From positions 96,001 to 160,000 of the forward strand of contig QCUR01000002.1 of assembly GCA_003208875.1 (NCBI GenBank): a stretch of DNA of 64,000 nt, given 5' to 3'. The translations under genes were made by a program, and so were the position numbers. Shown here piece by piece: positions 21,553 through 34,105 of this stretch. This stretch comes from Prochlorococcus sp. AG-679-M23 (lineage in GTDB: Bacteria > Cyanobacteriota > Cyanobacteriia > PCC-6307 > Cyanobiaceae). Below the pieces are notes generated by a model. The model made no database searches, had not been told where the DNA came from, and was given only the letters and a program-made list of their open reading frames with translations. Within the stretch, counting starts at the first letter, position 1; the number at the start of each line of letters is the position of its first letter.

Positions 21553-22605
21553 GTGATTTTTAACAGATTTAAATTTTCTAGGGATATAGGTATTGATTTG
21601 GGTACTGCTAATACTCTTATACATGTATCAGGTAAAGGTGTGGTTCTACAAGAACCCTCAGTAGTAGCCATGGACCTTGAAGAGGGAGTTCCTTTGGCCG
21701 TAGGTGAAGAAGCAAAATTAATGCTTGGAAGGACCCCAGGAAATATAAGAGCTGTGAGACCTTTGAGAGATGGAGTTATTGCTGATTTTGATGCGGCAGA
21801 ACAAATGATAAAAACTTTTATTCAAAAATGTAATGAAGGAAGGGGAATTTTGGCCCCAAGAATAGTCATTGGTATCCCGAGTGGGGTTACTAGTGTTGAA
21901 CGAAGAGCTGTTAGAGAAGCTGGATTAGCTGGAGCTAGAGAGGTTCATTTGATTGATGAACCTGTAGCTGCTGCTATAGGAGCCTCATTGCCAGTAACTG
22001 AACCAATTGGAACCATGATCGTTGATATTGGGGGTGGAACTACTGAAGTAGCAGTTTTAAGTCTAGGCGGAACGGTCCTAAGTGAATCTGTAAGAATAGC
22101 TGGTGATGAACTTAATGAATCGATAGCAATTTATCTTAAAAAAGTACATAATCTAGTCGTCGGTGAGAGAACTGCAGAAGATATTAAAATCAAAATTGGA
22201 TCAGCATTTCCAGATGATGAATTTGATAATACTTCTATAGAAGTTAGAGGTTTACACCTTTTATCTGGCTTACCAAGATCTATTACCTTAACCTCTGGAG
22301 AAATTAGAGAGGCTATGGCTGATCCTCTTTCCAAAATTGTTGAAGCTGTAAAAAGAACTTTGGAGCGAACTCCTCCTGAATTAGCGGCAGATATAGTGGA
22401 TAGAGGAATTATGCTCGCTGGAGGTGGAGCTCTAGTAAGAGGGATTAGTGATTTGCTTAGCCATGAAACTGGAATTTTTACGCATATTGCTGAGAATCCA
22501 TTATTATGCGTAGTTAACGGTTGTGGAGTGGTATTGGACGATTTCAAAAAACTCAAGAGAGTTGTTGATACACCTGATTTTATAAGGAATGCGATTAGAG
22601 ATTAA
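21553..22605 (+). CDS. mreB: Rod shape-determining protein MreB
   Basis: [32 protein letters not shown]. Confidence 0.98.
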   Translation: MIFNRFKFSRDIGIDLGTANTLIHVSGKGVVLQEPSVVAMDLEEGVPLAVGEEAKLMLGRTPGNIRAVRPLRDGVIADFDAAEQMIKTFIQKCNEGRGILAPRIVIGIPSGVTSVERRAVREAGLAGAREVHLIDEPVAAAIGASLPVTEPIGTMIVDIGGGTTEVAVLSLGGTVLSESVRIAGDELNESIAIYLKKVHNLVVGERTAEDIKIKIGSAFPDDEFDNTSIEVRGLHLLSGLPRSITLTSGEIREAMADPLSKIVEAVKRTLERTPPELAADIVDRGIMLAGGGALVRGISDLLSHETGIFTHIAENPLLCVVNGCGVVLDDFKKLKRVVDTPDFIRNAIRD

Positions 22606-22609
22606 TTGA

Positions 22610-23359
22610 ATGTTAGATATTCGACGAATATCAACTAATCGTTGGTGGAATAAAAAGAAAAATTGGGGTTTATTTATATTTTTATCGTTCTTGTTTTTTG
22701 TGAGAATATCAAAAGGATCTTTATATAAAGATTTTTATTATTTAATTTCAAAACCTTTTTGGCCAGGACAATACCAAAGGGAAGTTTTAACTCAAAGTGT
22801 TGAACAAGAGTTTTTGATCAGATTAAAACAACTAGAAAAAGATAATAAAAGATTACGCGAAATTTTATCTCTACAAAGATTGTCTGATTCTGAAAGTGTT
22901 TCAGCGAATGTAATTTCAAGAAAAACCGGCAGTTTTTGGAGGCAAATTATCTTAAATAAAGGTGCAAAACACGGAGTAGAAATTGGGAGTTTTGTTGTTG
23001 GTCCAGGAGGCTTATTAGGAAGAGTAGAGAATACTTCTTTATTTACTTCGACAGTAAGATTATTAACTTCTCCTGAAAGTAAAGTGGGAGTCTGGGTTGA
23101 AAGGATTCAGATGCATGGATTATTAGTGGGTTCAGGAAATGATTATCCAAAAGTGATTTTTTATAATCAGGATATTGATATAAAAGTGGGAGATTTTGTT
23201 TTATCTTCCCCAGCAAGTACTTTATTACCTCCCAATATCCCCATAGGTATTATTCAATCTGTTGATGAAGAATTCAAAGCAAAAAAAACAGCGAATATTT
23301 TGCTTTTAGGAAAACCTCAAGCAATTGATTGGGTACAAATCTTAAAAGTTGAAATTTAA
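22610..23359 (+). CDS. mreC: Rod shape-determining protein MreC
   Basis: TM + coiled coil (NKRLREIL), ILNKG, GLLGRV, PIG; operon position. Confidence 0.9.
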   Translation: MLDIRRISTNRWWNKKKNWGLFIFLSFLFFVRISKGSLYKDFYYLISKPFWPGQYQREVLTQSVEQEFLIRLKQLEKDNKRLREILSLQRLSDSESVSANVISRKTGSFWRQIILNKGAKHGVEIGSFVVGPGGLLGRVENTSLFTSTVRLLTSPESKVGVWVERIQMHGLLVGSGNDYPKVIFYNQDIDIKVGDFVLSSPASTLLPPNIPIGIIQSVDEEFKAKKTANILLLGKPQAIDWVQILKVEI

Positions 23360-23899
23360 ATGGGAAAATACTTTAAAAAAAAAATATCTTTAATATCTTT
23401 TTTATTTATACCAATAGTTTATTTATGGGATCCTAATTGGTTGGAATTCTTGGGAGTTCAGCCTTATTGGCCTTTATTCTGGTTATTGCCTTGGTCTATG
23501 ATCTATGGATCATTTAATGGTTTAATAATTGGTTTATTCTTAGGACTTATCTTAGATTCATTAACTCTTGATAGTAGTTTCACACAAATTCCCGGATTGG
23601 TTTTATGTGGAATATGGTTTGGAAAGTTAAGTATTTCAAATAATATTTTTGTAGGGCATTTCAGATTTGGTTTAATTTGTTCTATTGCAAGTTTTTTTTG
23701 TGGTTCGCTATATTTTTTTCAAGCTGTGATCAAGTATTGGTCTAACCATAATATCTTTTTCTATTTACCAAGTATTAAAAATATTTTTGCTCAAGTTTTT
23801 ATAACCGGTTTATTAGCTCCATTAATATGTTCATTACTCTTTAGGCTCTTCCAAAAATCGAAAGGGAGGGACAAATTAATAAGCTTTATAGATGAATAA
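23360..23899 (+). CDS. mreD: Rod shape-determining protein MreD
   Basis: Hydrophobic, GLFLGLILD, directly after mreC. Confidence 0.8.
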   Translation: MGKYFKKKISLISFLFIPIVYLWDPNWLEFLGVQPYWPLFWLLPWSMIYGSFNGLIIGLFLGLILDSLTLDSSFTQIPGLVLCGIWFGKLSISNNIFVGHFRFGLICSIASFFCGSLYFFQAVIKYWSNHNIFFYLPSIKNIFAQVFITGLLAPLICSLLFRLFQKSKGRDKLISFIDE

Positions 23900-23972
23900 T
23901 AGATTCTAAAAATAATAATGGATTTCTTCAATAATAAAATAATTTTGTAAATTTAAGGAATTTATCATTTAG

Positions 23973-23990
23973 GGTACATAATGTTATATT
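23973..23990 (+). promoter_or_regulatory. Candidate HLR1 (RpaB-binding) direct repeat
   Basis: GGTACATA-AT-GTTATATT, one mismatch per half-site versus (G/T)TTACA(T/A)(T/A)-N2 repeat. Confidence 0.5.
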
Positions 23991-24069
23991 TTTAATTGTT
24001 AGATTATATTAATAAGATGTTCATTGCAAAATAAATTTGCCTTGAAACATCAGCAAAAAAATTTTCCCG

Positions 24070-24816
24070 ATGTCAAAAGCAAGTATTTTAGTTGTTGATG
24101 ATGAACCAGCTGTTTTGAAAGTATTAGTTACTAGACTTCAATTAGCAGGGTATCAAGTTCACCAAGCCACCAATGGAGAAGAGGCTCTTGAGGCTTTTCA
24201 CAGAGAATCTCCTGACCTAATAGTTCTTGATGTCATGCTTCCAAAAATGGATGGATTTGCAGTTTGTAGAAGAATCAGAGCTGAATCAGTTGTACCTATA
24301 ATATTTTTAACTGCTTTAGAAGCTATCTCTGAAAGGGTAGCCGGTCTGGATTTAGGAGCTGATGATTACTTGTCAAAACCGTTTAGTCCTAAGGAATTAG
24401 AAGCCAGAATAGCTACAATATTAAGGCGTATGGGTCCTAGTATTACAGTTACTGAAACTAAAGAGGTTCCTTCTGGAAAAGGAGTTATGAAATTTGGAAA
24501 TCTAGTAGTTGATACTAATAGAAGACAAGTTTCTAGGGCTGGAGAAAGAATTAGTTTAACTTACACTGAATTTAGTCTTCTTGAATTATTATTTGATGAG
24601 CCAGGTAAGGTAGTTCCAAGAGCTGAAATACTAGAGCAGCTTTGGGGATATCCTCCAAGACGAGCAGCTGACTTGAGAGTTGTAGATGTTTATGTAGCTA
24701 GGCTAAGGGGTAAGTTGGAGCCAGATCCAAGAAATCCTGAGTTGATACTTACTGTTAGAGGAATAGGTTATGCTTCTCAAAGAGTTGGAGAAAAAGCAAC
24801 ATCTTTGGCAAGTTGA
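24070..24816 (+). CDS. srrA: OmpR-family response regulator, RpaB paralogue (SrrA-like)
   Basis: Receiver DD/D/T/K residues, wHTH with DLRVVDVYVARLRGKLEPDPRNPELILTVRGIGY; RpaB-like but lacks the canonical RpaB DEASIRRILETRL segment. Confidence 0.72.
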   Translation: MSKASILVVDDEPAVLKVLVTRLQLAGYQVHQATNGEEALEAFHRESPDLIVLDVMLPKMDGFAVCRRIRAESVVPIIFLTALEAISERVAGLDLGADDYLSKPFSPKELEARIATILRRMGPSITVTETKEVPSGKGVMKFGNLVVDTNRRQVSRAGERISLTYTEFSLLELLFDEPGKVVPRAEILEQLWGYPPRRAADLRVVDVYVARLRGKLEPDPRNPELILTVRGIGYASQRVGEKATSLAS

Positions 24817-24866
24817 TCCTTATTCTGATAGTTTGATTAAATAAAACATAAATATTGAATTAAATT

Positions 24867-26405
24867 TTGTCTGAAATAAGAGATGCTCGCTTATTAAAAG
24901 CTAATTCACTAGTCAATAAAGGATTTGAACCTTACGCAGAAACATTTAAAATATCTCATTCTACTAAATTTCTCGCTGAGAAATTCGGCTATTTAGACAA
25001 TGGTCAAGAATTTAACTTAGATGTTGCGCTCGCTGGAAGAGTTTTAGCAAAAAGAGTGATGGGAAAAATTGCTTTTTATACTATTGCTGACCAAGAGGGG
25101 AAAATACAGCTTTATTTAGAAAAAAAAATTCTTGATGATTTTGAAATTAATGCAAAACTACTTTCTTTTGAAGATCTTAAAGAAATCGTAGATATTGGAG
25201 ACTGGATTGGTGTTTATGGAACTATTAAGAAAACTAATAAAGGTGAACTTTCAATAAAAGTATCCAAGTGGGAAATGTTGTCTAAATCATTACAGCCTTT
25301 GCCTGATAAATGGCACGGCTTAACAGATATAGAAAAAAGGTATAGGCAAAGATATCTGGATTTAATAGTTAATCCTTTGTCAAAAAATGTATTTAAAACA
25401 AGAGCAAAATGTATCAGTCTAATAAGAAGGTGGTTGGATGAAAAAAATTTTTTAGAGATAGAAACACCGATACTTCAATCTGAGGCTGGAGGAGCTGAAG
25501 CTAGGCCATTTATTACTCATCACAATACCTTAGACATACCATTGTATTTAAGAATAGCTACGGAATTACATCTTAAAAGAATGGTGGTAGGAGGATTTGA
25601 AAAAGTATATGAGTTAGGACGAATTTTTCGTAATGAAGGCATAAGTACAAAGCATAATCCTGAATTCACCTCAGTGGAAATATATCAGGCTTTCTCTAAT
25701 TACATTGATATGATGAATTTAACTGAAGATCTGATCAGAAATATTGTATCAAGTTGTTGTGATTCCTTAGTTATAAATTATCAAGAAAAGGTAATTGATT
25801 TTTCCAAGCCTTGGAAAAGAATATCAATGAAAGATGTTGTTATGGAATATACAGGGATTGATTTTGATTCTTTTAATGGTGATTTGAATAAAGCTATTAA
25901 GGATTTAGAGAAAATTAATATTGAAATTTCTCCAAAAATAAATACCTTAGGCAGACTTTTGAATGAAGTTTTTGAGCAAAAGGTTGAATCTCAACTCGTC
26001 GAGCCAACTTTTGTAATCGATTATCCAATTGAAATCTCTCCTCTTGCGAGACCTCATCCCGAAAATAAAGAGATGGTTCAGAGATTTGAGTTGTTTATTG
26101 CAGGCCGCGAACTTGCTAACGCATTCAGTGAATTAATAGATCCAGTTGATCAAAGGCAGAGAATGCAATTACAGCAATCTTTGCGAGATGCGGGCGATCT
26201 TGAAGCACATTGTATTGATGAAGATTTTTTACAAGCTTTGGAAATAGGTATGCCGCCTACAGGAGGTTTAGGAATTGGAATTGACAGACTTATCATGTTA
26301 CTTACAAATAGTCCTTCAATTAGAGATGTCATCCCCTTCCCATTGTTAAAACCAGAAATAACTTCTACTAAATCTGAAAAATCAACCTCGAATGAAGTAA
26401 AATAA
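24867..26405 (+). CDS. lysS: Lysyl-tRNA synthetase (class II)
   Basis: [38 protein letters not shown]. Confidence 0.98.
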   Translation: MSEIRDARLLKANSLVNKGFEPYAETFKISHSTKFLAEKFGYLDNGQEFNLDVALAGRVLAKRVMGKIAFYTIADQEGKIQLYLEKKILDDFEINAKLLSFEDLKEIVDIGDWIGVYGTIKKTNKGELSIKVSKWEMLSKSLQPLPDKWHGLTDIEKRYRQRYLDLIVNPLSKNVFKTRAKCISLIRRWLDEKNFLEIETPILQSEAGGAEARPFITHHNTLDIPLYLRIATELHLKRMVVGGFEKVYELGRIFRNEGISTKHNPEFTSVEIYQAFSNYIDMMNLTEDLIRNIVSSCCDSLVINYQEKVIDFSKPWKRISMKDVVMEYTGIDFDSFNGDLNKAIKDLEKINIEISPKINTLGRLLNEVFEQKVESQLVEPTFVIDYPIEISPLARPHPENKEMVQRFELFIAGRELANAFSELIDPVDQRQRMQLQQSLRDAGDLEAHCIDEDFLQALEIGMPPTGGLGIGIDRLIMLLTNSPSIRDVIPFPLLKPEITSTKSEKSTSNEVK

Positions 26406-26432
26406 AAATTGATCCAATACGAAAATTTTTAA

Positions 26433-26684
26433 ATGAGTGGTGAACGTGTTGGTTTCCGCTTCAAGCACGCAGATGCAGTGGTGAAAAGAAATCCTCAAGG
26501 CCGATCAAGAAGAGGCTGGGTTATGGAACCAGTTGAACAAACTACTAGTAGAGGTACTAAGATGCCTGCTTATAGAATTCGCTGGAGAGATAGCGAAAGG
26601 CCTGAAACTGTCTTGCAGCATATGTTAATTGCTGATCCAGATCCTTCTCCTCCTCCCGATTCAGTTAGTTTAGAGTCTGATTAA
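26433..26684 (+). CDS. Small hypothetical protein
   Basis: 83-aa ATG ORF, less AT-biased codons than flanks, fills the lysS-smpB gap. Confidence 0.75.
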   Translation: MSGERVGFRFKHADAVVKRNPQGRSRRGWVMEPVEQTTSRGTKMPAYRIRWRDSERPETVLQHMLIADPDPSPPPDSVSLESD

Positions 26685-26709
26685 ATTATCTAAAGAAATA
26701 TACCCTTTA

Positions 26710-27204
26710 TTATCTCTTAAGAGCAGTTTTTATTTCTCTTTTAATATCCCTTTGTTTATCGGCTTGTCTTTTATCATGCAATTTTTTACCTTTACCAATA
26801 CCAATGGTTAATTTTATCCATGACCCTTTTAAATAAATAGATAAGGGAATAATAGTGAGTCCTTTTTTTTCAGTATTGTATTTAAGCTTTACTATTTCTT
26901 TCTTATGCAACAATAATTTTCTATTTCGTAATGGGTCGTGATTAAAAAAAGGGCCCACATTTTTATGTGGTGATATGTGAACATTTAATAAAAGGATTTC
27001 ACCATCTCTGAAAGAACAATACCCGTCTCTTAAATTTACATTGCCGTTTCTTATAGACTTTACTTCAGTTCCTAAAAGTTCAATTCCAGCTTCGATTGTT
27101 TCAAGTATTTCATACTGAAATTTTGCATATCGATTTTCTGAAAGTCGTTTAAAAACCGCTTCTTTTTTAATGATTTTATTTGCTTTGTTTGAAACTTTTG
27201 TCAT
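26710..27204 (-). CDS. smpB: SsrA-binding protein SmpB
   Basis: [38 protein letters not shown] at 27204 preferred. Confidence 0.97.
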   Translation of the reverse strand: MTKVSNKANKIIKKEAVFKRLSENRYAKFQYEILETIEAGIELLGTEVKSIRNGNVNLRDGYCSFRDGEILLLNVHISPHKNVGPFFNHDPLRNRKLLLHKKEIVKLKYNTEKKGLTIIPLSIYLKGSWIKLTIGIGKGKKLHDKRQADKQRDIKREIKTALKR

Positions 27205-27256
27205 TGCAGTTGTAAAAAATCTTTCCCCAAAGAACAATTGCCATTAATCTTTAATT

Positions 27257-28315
27257 ATGGCAATAATTTCTTCAAGTTTAGATGAATCTAATATTCCTCG
27301 CTCAAGAAAAGAGCTGAGGTTAGTTGATTCAAAGATAATTGCTGAAGAAAAAATAAACAAAAATTCAAATTTGGCTCGGCCGAATTCCTTTAAAGAATTT
27401 ATTGGACAAGAGCAAATTAAATCTTCATTAAAAATAGCTATAGAGGCTTCTAAATACAGGAAGGAAGCATTAGAACATACACTCTTATATGGCCAACCAG
27501 GTTTAGGAAAAACTACCTTAGCGTTATTGATCTCTTATGAGATGAATACAAAATGTAAATTAGCAAGTGCACCTTCAATTGAAAGGCCAAGGGATATTGT
27601 GGGATTACTTCTTGGATTAAAAGAAGGAGAGATTTTATTTATTGATGAAATACATCGTTTAAATAAATTAACTGAAGAGCTTTTATATTCTGCAATGGAG
27701 GATTTTAGGTTGGATCTAACAATGGGAGCTAATAGAGGGACTCGCTGCAGAACAATTAATCTACCGAAATTTACTTTGATTGGGGCTACAACAAAACTTG
27801 CATCAATTAGTGCTCCTCTTAGAGATAGATTTGGATTGTGTCACAAAATTGAATTTTATTCAAATGATGAATTGAACCAAATAATTTTTAATTTTGCTAC
27901 TTTGATAAATCTTCAATTAGAAAATGATGCTTGTAGCGTGTTAGCAAAGATTTCTAGAGGTACTCCAAGAATTGCCTTGAGATTATTAAAAAGAGTAAGA
28001 GACTATGCTCAAGTTGTTAAAAAAACTAATAAAATTTCTTTAGAAATAGTTGAAAAAGCTTTAAATTCTCAAAAAATAGATAATAAAGGTTTGGATAATA
28101 TAGATAGGAAATTTTTGTCTTTTTTAAACCTTAATAACAATAATCCGATTGGCTTAGATTCAATTGCTGCAGGTTTGGGAGAGGAATCATCAATGTTAGA
28201 GTTTGTAGTTGAGCCATATTTAATTCAAATTGGATTTATTATGAGAACTCCCCGAGGAAGAAAACTTACATCTTTAGGAAAAAAATACATTAGTTCCGTA
28301 AATGAAAAGTATTAG
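27257..28315 (+). CDS. ruvB: Holliday junction helicase RuvB
   Basis: [35 protein letters not shown]. Confidence 0.98.
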   Translation: MAIISSSLDESNIPRSRKELRLVDSKIIAEEKINKNSNLARPNSFKEFIGQEQIKSSLKIAIEASKYRKEALEHTLLYGQPGLGKTTLALLISYEMNTKCKLASAPSIERPRDIVGLLLGLKEGEILFIDEIHRLNKLTEELLYSAMEDFRLDLTMGANRGTRCRTINLPKFTLIGATTKLASISAPLRDRFGLCHKIEFYSNDELNQIIFNFATLINLQLENDACSVLAKISRGTPRIALRLLKRVRDYAQVVKKTNKISLEIVEKALNSQKIDNKGLDNIDRKFLSFLNLNNNNPIGLDSIAAGLGEESSMLEFVVEPYLIQIGFIMRTPRGRKLTSLGKKYISSVNEKY

Positions 28316-29090
28316 AAAGATTAAGCTTTATCTTTTATTGATTTGCTTTTTAATCAATATTGTATATGTCACTCCTAGTTATTCACTAAGCCCACAGGAA
28401 GATTTATTTAAAAATGCTTTAAATTTAAGCTCCAGTGGAGAATTTAATCTCGCGTTAAAGCAATGGAATAAGTATTTGGAATTATTTCCTGATGATGCAG
28501 CAGCTTTAAGTAATAGAGGAAATATAAAACTTGTTAATGGTGATCCTGAAGGTGCAATAGAGGATCAAGATAAAGCCATTGAGTTAGATCCAGTCGAGGT
28601 TGATCCTTATATTAATAGAGGGATAGCAGAAGAATCTTTAGGGCTTTGGTTACAGGCAAAAAATGATTATTTATATGTAATCTCAAAAGATAAAGATAAT
28701 TTTTCTGCTTTATATAATTTTGCTAATGTTGAAGGGTCTTTGTCAAATTGGCAGAGTGCAAGGAATTTGTTTTCTAAAGCTTCAGAATCAAATCCTGGTT
28801 TTGCTATGGCAAGATCAAGTATGGCTTTAGCGGACTACCAATTAGGAAATATGGAAGAGAGTGAAAAAGAATTAAAAAATTTGATCAGACGTTATCCAAC
28901 TTTTGCTGATGCAAGAGCAGCATTAACAGCCTTGGACTGGTCAAAAGGGATGTCTGGTGAAGCTGAAAGTAATTGGATTACAGTTACGGAATTAGATTCA
29001 AGATATGCTGATGAGGAATGGTTAATAAACGTTCGCAGATGGCCTCAAAAACCAACGAAAGATTTGATGAAATTTATAGCTCTGAAATAA
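28302..29090 (+). CDS. TPR-repeat protein with signal peptide
   Basis: AALSNRG, PYINRG, ALYNFAN repeats; hydrophobic N-terminus. Confidence 0.85.
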   Translation: MKSIRKIKLYLLLICFLINIVYVTPSYSLSPQEDLFKNALNLSSSGEFNLALKQWNKYLELFPDDAAALSNRGNIKLVNGDPEGAIEDQDKAIELDPVEVDPYINRGIAEESLGLWLQAKNDYLYVISKDKDNFSALYNFANVEGSLSNWQSARNLFSKASESNPGFAMARSSMALADYQLGNMEESEKELKNLIRRYPTFADARAALTALDWSKGMSGEAESNWITVTELDSRYADEEWLINVRRWPQKPTKDLMKFIALK

Positions 29091-29093
29091 TAA

Positions 29094-30254
29094 ATGGAAA
29101 GAGATAAATTGTTAAAAAAAATTGATTCATTCAAGGATGAACTTATTAATATGAGGAGGCACATTCATGCTCATCCAGAATTAAGTGGCTTAGAAAATCA
29201 AACGGCAATTTTAATAAGTGGTTATCTGAAAAAAATTGGTGGGAGAGTTACAGAATCAGTTGGAAGAACTGGGGTTGTAGCTGATTTCGGACCAAAAGAT
29301 AAAGGTTTTATTGGTTTGAGAGTTGATATGGATGCCCTTCCAATATACGAGAATACTAATTTAAGTTTTTCTTCAAAAATTGATGGCATCATGCATGCTT
29401 GTGGACATGATTTACATACATGTATTGGTTTGGGTGTGGCGAAAATTATTAAGGATTTAAACCTTAAATTTGGGACAAGAATAATTTTTCAACCTGCTGA
29501 AGAAATTGCTAGCGGTGCTAGGTGGATGATTGATGATGGCGTGACTATTGGGTTAAAACAAATTTTAGGAGTGCATGTTTTCCCTGACTTATTGGTAGGG
29601 ACTATTGGGATTAAAGAAGGAAGTCTAACAGCAGCGGCAGGGGAACTTACAGTTGAAATATTAGGAAAATCAGCGCATGGTGCGAGACCTCATGAAGGTG
29701 TAGATGCTATATGGGCAGCATCTAAAGTGATTTCTGGTATTCAAGAAGCAATAACTAGAAAATTAAATCCTCTAGATCCTGTCGTCATTACTTTTGGGAA
29801 AATAAATGGGGGAAATGCATATAATATTTTGTCTGAAAAGGTATATTTAACTGGAACAATAAGATGTGCAAATTTGCAATTATTTAGGGATATGGGCGAT
29901 TGGCTTAACTTTAATATTTCCTCTATCGCAAAGAGTTGTGGGGCTGAAGCTAAAGTACAATTTAGAGAGATAGTCCCACCTGTAAATAATGATTATGAAA
30001 TAAATAAGGTTTTAAGAGACTCCTCAATTAGCATTTTAGGTCATGAAAATGTTATTGAATTACAAAAACCATCCTTAGGTGCTGAAGATTTTGCTGAGTT
30101 TCTAAATGAAGTTCCAGGAGCAATGTTTAGGCTTGGTGTCTCAGGGGAGAAAGGTTGCGCTCCACTACATAGCTCAAAATTTGATCCAGATGAAAGAGCT
30201 ATTAGTGTAGGGGTCAAAGTAATAACTGAATCCATAGTAAGATTAAATAATTAA
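29094..30254 (+). CDS. M20 family amidohydrolase
   Basis: RRHIHAHPELS, RVDMDALP, MHACGHD, FQPAEE, GAEDF. Confidence 0.93.
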   Translation: MERDKLLKKIDSFKDELINMRRHIHAHPELSGLENQTAILISGYLKKIGGRVTESVGRTGVVADFGPKDKGFIGLRVDMDALPIYENTNLSFSSKIDGIMHACGHDLHTCIGLGVAKIIKDLNLKFGTRIIFQPAEEIASGARWMIDDGVTIGLKQILGVHVFPDLLVGTIGIKEGSLTAAAGELTVEILGKSAHGARPHEGVDAIWAASKVISGIQEAITRKLNPLDPVVITFGKINGGNAYNILSEKVYLTGTIRCANLQLFRDMGDWLNFNISSIAKSCGAEAKVQFREIVPPVNNDYEINKVLRDSSISILGHENVIELQKPSLGAEDFAEFLNEVPGAMFRLGVSGEKGCAPLHSSKFDPDERAISVGVKVITESIVRLNN

Positions 30255-30272
30255 TGGGATAAATATATATAA

Positions 30273-30488
30273 ATGAAATTTGAAAAAGCTTATATCTTTT
30301 CACTTGCTGCACCTTTAATGATTTTGTTATCAACAATAGGATTTATTTCAAGGAAAGATAGTAAGAAAATCTTTTATTTACCAATTGGCTTAATGGGGAT
30401 TTTTATAATTTCGGAGAAAGAATTTAGTAGAGGAATAAAGAGAAAAAAAATCTTAAATAAAATAAAATCTTATAAACAAACCAAATAA
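30273..30488 (+). CDS. Small two-TM protein (DUF3188-like)
   Basis: Two hydrophobic segments with basic tail; family name from recall. Confidence 0.6.
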   Translation: MKFEKAYIFSLAAPLMILLSTIGFISRKDSKKIFYLPIGLMGIFIISEKEFSRGIKRKKILNKIKSYKQTK

Positions 30489-30551
30489 AATTATTTTCTA
30501 TATTTTAAGTAATAAAAGATGACTTTTTATTAAAAAGAGCTATTTTTATAT

Positions 30552-30631
30552 AACTAGGGGTGCTAAGTCAATTACTTAGCTGAGATCATACCCTTCGAAC
30601 CTGAAGCAGTTAAAACTGACGAAGGAAAGTT
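30552..30631 (+). promoter_or_regulatory. TPP riboswitch aptamer
   Basis: GGGGTGC...GCTGAGA..ATACCCTTCGAACCTGA...GAAGG consensus, 47 nt upstream of thiC. Confidence 0.93.
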
Positions 30632-30666
30632 TCAATTTGATCGAACTCTAGTAATAAACAATTTAA

Positions 30667-32049
<1,383 letters not shown>

Positions 32050-32056
32050 TTTAAGT

Positions 32057-34063
32057 TTATAAAATTTCTTTGGTCTTATTTACAACATTTTCAACTGTAA
32101 ATCCAAAACTGGTCATACATTTTCCACCAGGAGCTGATGCCCCAAATCTGTCCATGGTAATACAAATTCCATCAAGCCCAGTGTATTTGTGCCATCCGAA
32201 TGAATGTGCAGCTTCAACCACAACTCTTTTTTTGATATTACTAGGCAAAATACTTTCTTTATAAGAAGCTTCTTGTTCTTCAAATAGCTCTACACACGGC
32301 ATAGAAATTACTCTAGTCTTTTTCCCTAATTTTGAGATTTCTTTACTTGCTTCAATGCAAAGGTTTAGTTCACTTCCAGTCCCGATAAATATTACATCAG
32401 GAGTTCCTTCGCAATCAGAAACTATATATCCACCTAATGCAACTTTTTCAATAGAGGTATTCTCTTGATTCGGCATGGCTTGCCTACTTAGACAAAGAGC
32501 AGAAGGTCTTTTTCTGTTTTTAATAGCAAGCTTATAAGCACCACTTGTTTCATTACCATCTCCAGGTCTAAATACGAGCATATTTGGCATTGCTCTAAGT
32601 GAGGGGATCGTTTCAACAGGTTGATGTGTTGGCCCATCTTCGCCAACTCCAATTGAGTCATGAGTAAGTACATAAATAACTCCCAGCTCACTGAGAGCAG
32701 ATAGTCGCATTGAACCTCTCATATAGTCTGCAAAAACAAGAAAAGTTCCTCCATAAGGTATTAATCCACTATCGTGATAAGCAATTCCATTTAATATTGC
32801 TGCCATTGCATGCTCTCTCACACCAAAATGCAAATATCTCTTTTCTGGTGAATGTGCCTGAAATGAGCCTGTTTCTCCTTTTATATCTGTGTAATTAGAG
32901 TGAGTTAAATCCGCAGATCCACCAATTAATTCAGGAATATTAGGCCCAAGAGCTCCTAGGCATATTTGAGAATGTTTTCTTGTTGCTAGACCCTTATCAT
33001 CTACCGTATATGTAGGCAGGCCTGAATCCCAGTTCTCTGGCAATTCACCTTGGATCATTCTTTTTAATTCTGCTCCTTCAGAAGGATATGTATTTTGATA
33101 GCCTTGAAATTTTAAATTCCATTCTTTTTCAGAGTCTTCACCTTTAGTAATAGCTTGTCTAAATTGTGAATATACTTCCTCAGGTATTTCAAAAGGGGGA
33201 TATTCCCAATTCAAAAACTCTCTTGTTAAGGAAGCTTCTTCTTCTCCTACTGCAGCTCCATGAATTCCTGCAGTATCTGACTTGTTTGGTGAACCATAAC
33301 CTATTATTGTAGAAATTTTGATTAGAGAAGGTTTATCTTTTACAGATTTCGCAGTCTCAATAGCTTTGGTAATCCCTTTTACATCATGATTACCATCTTC
33401 AACATGTTGCACATGCCATCCATAAGCTTCGTATCTTTTTAAAACATCTTCAGTAAATGAAACATCTGTACGCCCATCAATTGTGATTTGATTATCGTCA
33501 TATAGAGCTATTAATTTTCCAAGCTTAAGATGTCCAGCAAGTGAACATGCTTCAGAGGCAATCCCTTCTTGATTACAACCGTCTCCCATTATTACATAGG
33601 TATAATGATCAACAATTTCGCAATCTTTTTTATTGAATTTAGCTGCTAAATGTGCTTCTGCAATTGCTAAACCAACGGCGTTGGAAATTCCTGCCCCTAA
33701 TGGTCCCGCTGTTACCTCAACACCCTCAGTCTCAAATGTTTCTGGGTGTCCAGGTGTCTTAGATCCCCATTGTCTAAATTCTTTAATATCTTCAATGGAA
33801 ACTGATTTATATCCAGTCAGATGCAGAAGAGAATATAACAACATACACCCATGTCCTGCTGATAATACAAAGCGATCTCTATTAAACCACTTTGGATTAT
33901 TGGGATTGTGATTGAGAATATTGTGCCATAATGCATAACCCATAGGAGCGCAACCCATAGGTAAGCCAGGATGCCCGCTATTAGATTTATTTACTGCATC
34001 TACAGCCAGCATTCGTATACTATTTACACATAGTGATTCTAATGAAACAGATGCAGCGACCAT
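32057..34063 (-). CDS. tkt: Transketolase
   Basis: [39 protein letters not shown]. Confidence 0.98.
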   Translation of the reverse strand: MVAASVSLESLCVNSIRMLAVDAVNKSNSGHPGLPMGCAPMGYALWHNILNHNPNNPKWFNRDRFVLSAGHGCMLLYSLLHLTGYKSVSIEDIKEFRQWGSKTPGHPETFETEGVEVTAGPLGAGISNAVGLAIAEAHLAAKFNKKDCEIVDHYTYVIMGDGCNQEGIASEACSLAGHLKLGKLIALYDDNQITIDGRTDVSFTEDVLKRYEAYGWHVQHVEDGNHDVKGITKAIETAKSVKDKPSLIKISTIIGYGSPNKSDTAGIHGAAVGEEEASLTREFLNWEYPPFEIPEEVYSQFRQAITKGEDSEKEWNLKFQGYQNTYPSEGAELKRMIQGELPENWDSGLPTYTVDDKGLATRKHSQICLGALGPNIPELIGGSADLTHSNYTDIKGETGSFQAHSPEKRYLHFGVREHAMAAILNGIAYHDSGLIPYGGTFLVFADYMRGSMRLSALSELGVIYVLTHDSIGVGEDGPTHQPVETIPSLRAMPNMLVFRPGDGNETSGAYKLAIKNRKRPSALCLSRQAMPNQENTSIEKVALGGYIVSDCEGTPDVIFIGTGSELNLCIEASKEISKLGKKTRVISMPCVELFEEQEASYKESILPSNIKKRVVVEAAHSFGWHKYTGLDGICITMDRFGASAPGGKCMTSFGFTVENVVNKTKEIL

Positions 34064-34105
34064 TGTTTTAAGTAAGGTAATTTTGGAATACAGAGTTGGT
34101 TTTCA

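Noticed and set aside
21426..23384. T10 upstream of ssb (21426-21435) and A10 early in mreD (23375-23384) as phase-variation sites
   Set aside because: Frames are intact, genes are core, and 10-mers are expected at this AT content
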